Positions 61,341-64,000 of a DNA stretch of 64,000 bases are shown piece after piece (the stretch's first letter is position 1; every line of letters begins with the position of its first letter). Below the pieces are notes generated by a model that saw only the letters and a program-made list of their open reading frames with translations, ran no database searches and was not told where the DNA came from. The position numbers and the translations under genes are program-made. This DNA is from Thermoflexales bacterium. GTDB taxonomy: Bacteria > Chloroflexota > Anaerolineae > B4-G1 > DUEL01. The stretch spans positions 16,287-80,286 of the forward strand of contig JACIWQ010000001.1 of the NCBI GenBank assembly GCA_014360895.1, given 5' to 3'.

Positions 61341-62009
61341 TCATCGCAACAATGCCACTGCGAGAGCTGAGTACGTGAATATCCCAATGCCATTGAGCAC
61401 TCCTCCGAGCGCCCACCATGCCAGATGTTTTCGCCGTTCCAACCAGGCCAGAAGCAGACAAATCGTCGCGATGATCAAAGCAAAGGAGAGGATAACCCAC
61501 AGGCTCACATGACCAATCATCCGGGCATCCAGATACCGCCACGCATGGGCCTGGTAGGCCATCTCCTCATACCAGGAGTGGACGAGAGTACCTCCCGCCG
61601 TGATGAGCGCTGTGGTAAGGCCGGTGCCAAGTCGGGGACGTAGCCGGAGGAAAAGATACCCCAGTTGCAGGAAAGCGAACCCCCATCCGGCAACGATGTA
61701 ATCAGGGGTGTCCAGCACTTTGAATAGTGAATAGTCGTAGATCAACGTGCGGACCACCCGGGCATGGTAGAAGTCGGTCAGCAGTTGAGGGAGATTACAG
61801 GCCAGGGCAAAAACCAGCAGCCGCAGAAACAGAGGATTCCGGCTGATTCCGATGTAAACCAGGTAAAGGGCCACCATGAGCCATGCAATGAGGGAAAACA
61901 TCCATGGCCACCGAAAAAGGAGCCCGGTGAGAGAAACCCCGATGACAACCAGCGCCATAGAGATGCCAACCAGAAGGTCAGTGCGACGATTCATCCCTCT
62001 CCCCCGCAA
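61341..62009 (-). CDS. Hypothetical integral membrane protein (~6 TM)
   Basis: Hydrophobic segments throughout; no family recognised. Confidence 0.5.
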   Translation of the reverse strand: MRGRGMNRRTDLLVGISMALVVIGVSLTGLLFRWPWMFSLIAWLMVALYLVYIGISRNPLFLRLLVFALACNLPQLLTDFYHARVVRTLIYDYSLFKVLDTPDYIVAGWGFAFLQLGYLFLRLRPRLGTGLTTALITAGGTLVHSWYEEMAYQAHAWRYLDARMIGHVSLWVILSFALIIATICLLLAWLERRKHLAWWALGGVLNGIGIFTYSALAVALLR

Positions 62010-62937
62010 GGAAGTCTTGAACAGTCTGAAGCGTTGTGTATGCAGGTTGCCAGTTCAGTTCCCGGCGGGCTTTCTCGTTGCTGGCTACAAGAGGGAACCG
62101 GGTCAGGTTGACCTGACCGGGATGGGTGACACAGTCCATCTGCTCTATCTGCCAGAGAAGGCCAAAGACCAGACGGGCGACAGGCCAGAGGAAGTTCATC
62201 AATTGCTTCCCCGCCCTGCTCCAGATCTCCCGCCAGGGAAGCCAATCGTCGGGGGTCGCATTGAAAGGTCCCCGGGCATCGCTTTGTAGGCTTTTCTCTA
62301 TCAAATCCACAAGGTCGTCCTCATGGACAAACTGACCGGGAGCGCGTCCTCCATCAACAATAACCGCGCGGGGGCGTCGGAGAAAGTCTGCCAGAGGCCC
62401 CCGGGCGCGGGGTCCGAGAATCCCCGGAGGACGCAATATGATGCATGCAGTTTGCGGATGTTCTTTTGAGAACTCCTGACAAAGTCTCTCCACCTGGCCT
62501 TTATGCACACCGTAGGGGTAGGTGGGATTGGGGCGGAGGGGATGCTCCTCAGTCAACGGGATGGGGTTATCGGACCAGGCACCATAGGCCACGATGCTGG
62601 AAAGAACGACCAGGCGACGAATTCTCGCTTCCCGGCAAGCTCTCAAAACGTTGGCTGTTCCGCCTACATTGACCTGTTCCATCAGGGCCAGGCGGCGAGG
62701 ATGGGGAAAGAGGATGAACGCGGCGTGAACCAACGTGTCTATCCCATAGTGCCGAAGGATTTCTCCCAGCGCCGGGTCGCGAATATCCAGCGTTTGGAAG
62801 ACTCCATTGGGGGGAGGAGGTGTTTCCAGGGGCTGGATATCCAGACCAACGATTTGCTCTACGTTGGGGTTGGCTCCCAGTCGGGCCATCAACCGCTGGC
62901 CCACGTATCCTGCTGCCCCGGTAACCGCGACGTTCAT
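61978..62937 (-). CDS. NAD-dependent epimerase/dehydratase (extended SDR)
   Basis: Start at MNVAVTGAAGYVGQ (GxxGxxG motif). Confidence 0.8.
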   Translation of the reverse strand: MNVAVTGAAGYVGQRLMARLGANPNVEQIVGLDIQPLETPPPPNGVFQTLDIRDPALGEILRHYGIDTLVHAAFILFPHPRRLALMEQVNVGGTANVLRACREARIRRLVVLSSIVAYGAWSDNPIPLTEEHPLRPNPTYPYGVHKGQVERLCQEFSKEHPQTACIILRPPGILGPRARGPLADFLRRPRAVIVDGGRAPGQFVHEDDLVDLIEKSLQSDARGPFNATPDDWLPWREIWSRAGKQLMNFLWPVARLVFGLLWQIEQMDCVTHPGQVNLTRFPLVASNEKARRELNWQPAYTTLQTVQDFLAGERDESSH

Positions 62938-63815
62938 CCTTTCCTCCCCGATTTCTGAGACGGAGCTGACTCGTTCCGGCCTGTGGACCGGGCCAATCGG
63001 TTGTAGAGTGTCCGCAGGTTGGCCGCATGAAGACGGGGGGCTTCTCCGTTGAGCGCCACGCGGGGAACGCCGCATTTCTCCACGTCGGTTTTGAGGAGGG
63101 TGGCCCGGCGCCGTTCGTTGTGCACCGCTTCGGCCGCAATCCGCTGAATGGTTTCCAGATACGCGATGTTGGTCCGCAGCGCATCTTTGACCTCCCCCCG
63201 CAGAATGACCTCCCCGTGTCCCTGAACAATGCTTTCGGGTTCTATGGCCTGGATTTTCCGGAGCGATTGTTTCAGCATCTCCGGATCACCGTCCACAATG
63301 GTGGGAATGGGCATCATGGCATCTCCGGCGAAGAGCACCAGGTCTTCTTCCACATAGATGGAGATGCCATCGTCGGAGTGGCCGGGGGTCTCAAAGATGC
63401 GCAGTGTCTTACCCCCCAGGGAGATGATCATTTCTCCCTGATCCAGCACGATGTCGGGCAGGCGGAGGGTGACATTCTCCAGGAGGTCCGGTGCTTCCAC
63501 CCGCGCGGCTTCCAGTCCCTCTTCCCCGGACGTGAGCAGGTGTTCGCGGCAGCGCGCGTGGGCGATAATGGGGACATCGGGGAACAGGCAAGCTCCGTAA
63601 ATGTGGTCGGCGTGGTAGTGGGTGTAGATGATGTAACGGAGGCCGGCCGGCGCCCGACGAGACAGGAACTGGAGGATGGCCTGGGTCTCTATCGGAAACG
63701 GGAGCGTATCCACCAGGACAGCTCCCGCTGGGGTCACGATGACGCCAGCGGTGACCTGGGTATAGAGATCGCTGGTAAAGAGGTAGATGTCGGCGGAGAC
63801 CCGTTCCTGGAGCAT
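62934..63815 (-). CDS. MBL-fold metallo-hydrolase
   Basis: HYHADH zinc motif. Start at MLQERV with an AGGAAGAG RBS. Adjacent to the epimerase start. Confidence 0.8.
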   Translation of the reverse strand: MLQERVSADIYLFTSDLYTQVTAGVIVTPAGAVLVDTLPFPIETQAILQFLSRRAPAGLRYIIYTHYHADHIYGACLFPDVPIIAHARCREHLLTSGEEGLEAARVEAPDLLENVTLRLPDIVLDQGEMIISLGGKTLRIFETPGHSDDGISIYVEEDLVLFAGDAMMPIPTIVDGDPEMLKQSLRKIQAIEPESIVQGHGEVILRGEVKDALRTNIAYLETIQRIAAEAVHNERRRATLLKTDVEKCGVPRVALNGEAPRLHAANLRTLYNRLARSTGRNESAPSQKSGRKG

Positions 63816-64000
63816 GGTTCTCTTCCTTAGCCTGCTGTTTGTAGAGGGGAAGAGGGGCACTGATGCCTCCGATCTCTCCCCTGGGGAAGACAAAAAGATG
63901 ATAGCATAAACCGGAGGGGGTGTCAAGCCGCCGCCAGTGAGGTTCGGACGTGAGTTCGGACAGGGGGATTTGCAAGATTTCCTCACCCTACCCCCAGCGG

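Noticed and set aside
60835-61542. 235-aa minus ORF and 60953..61234 plus ORF spanning the REP-like hairpin array. Also small ORFs 31541..31947 over the first REP locus.
   Set aside because: The sequence is palindromic repeats (GTCATTGCGAG/CGAAGCAATC). The peptides are repeat translations (e.g. SLRARNDGWEVIA repeated).

Overview
This is a high-GC (~65%) bacterial chromosomal segment. Positions ~1,800-31,600 form one long minus-strand translation/ribosomal-protein superoperon (rpoB -> rpsL-rpsG-fusA-tuf -> S10 -> spc -> alpha -> truA-rplM-rpsI). Six lower-GC toxin-antitoxin-like cassettes are embedded in it, several translationally coupled to the flanking essential genes. rpoC, rplKAJL and infA are absent from their canonical slots. 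After REP-like repeats come yceD-rpoD, then an ~11.4 kb polyprenyl-phosphate-dependent glycosylation island: three tandem PMT/ArnT-like GT-C paralogs, a GT4, a GT2, a polyprenyl synthase, a Ppm1-like GT2, a membrane-anchored thioredoxin and a methyltransferase. The thioredoxin has an in-frame TGA exactly at the first Cys of its CxxC motif, making it a selenoprotein candidate. Then follow vapBC, uvrA, a plus-strand block (cooC-like NTPase, Uma2, C39-like peptidase, two-subunit class I fumarate hydratase), tRNA-Pro(GGG), an SDR, a ferredoxin, a GH-like/M23 peptidase with duplicated C-terminal repeats, adenine deaminase, a cluster of five DnaA boxes, more REP-like hairpins, a membrane protein, an epimerase and an MBL hydrolase. 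Intergenic spacers carry several families of short tandem or palindromic repeats: 7-15 bp arrays, a CGCAGAGAACGC/TCCGCGT element, and GTCATTGCGAG REP-like hairpins. A partial low-GC ORF at the window's 5' edge (1-911, minus) is missing from the supplied ORF track. Many long ORFs antisense to real genes are high-GC artifacts.
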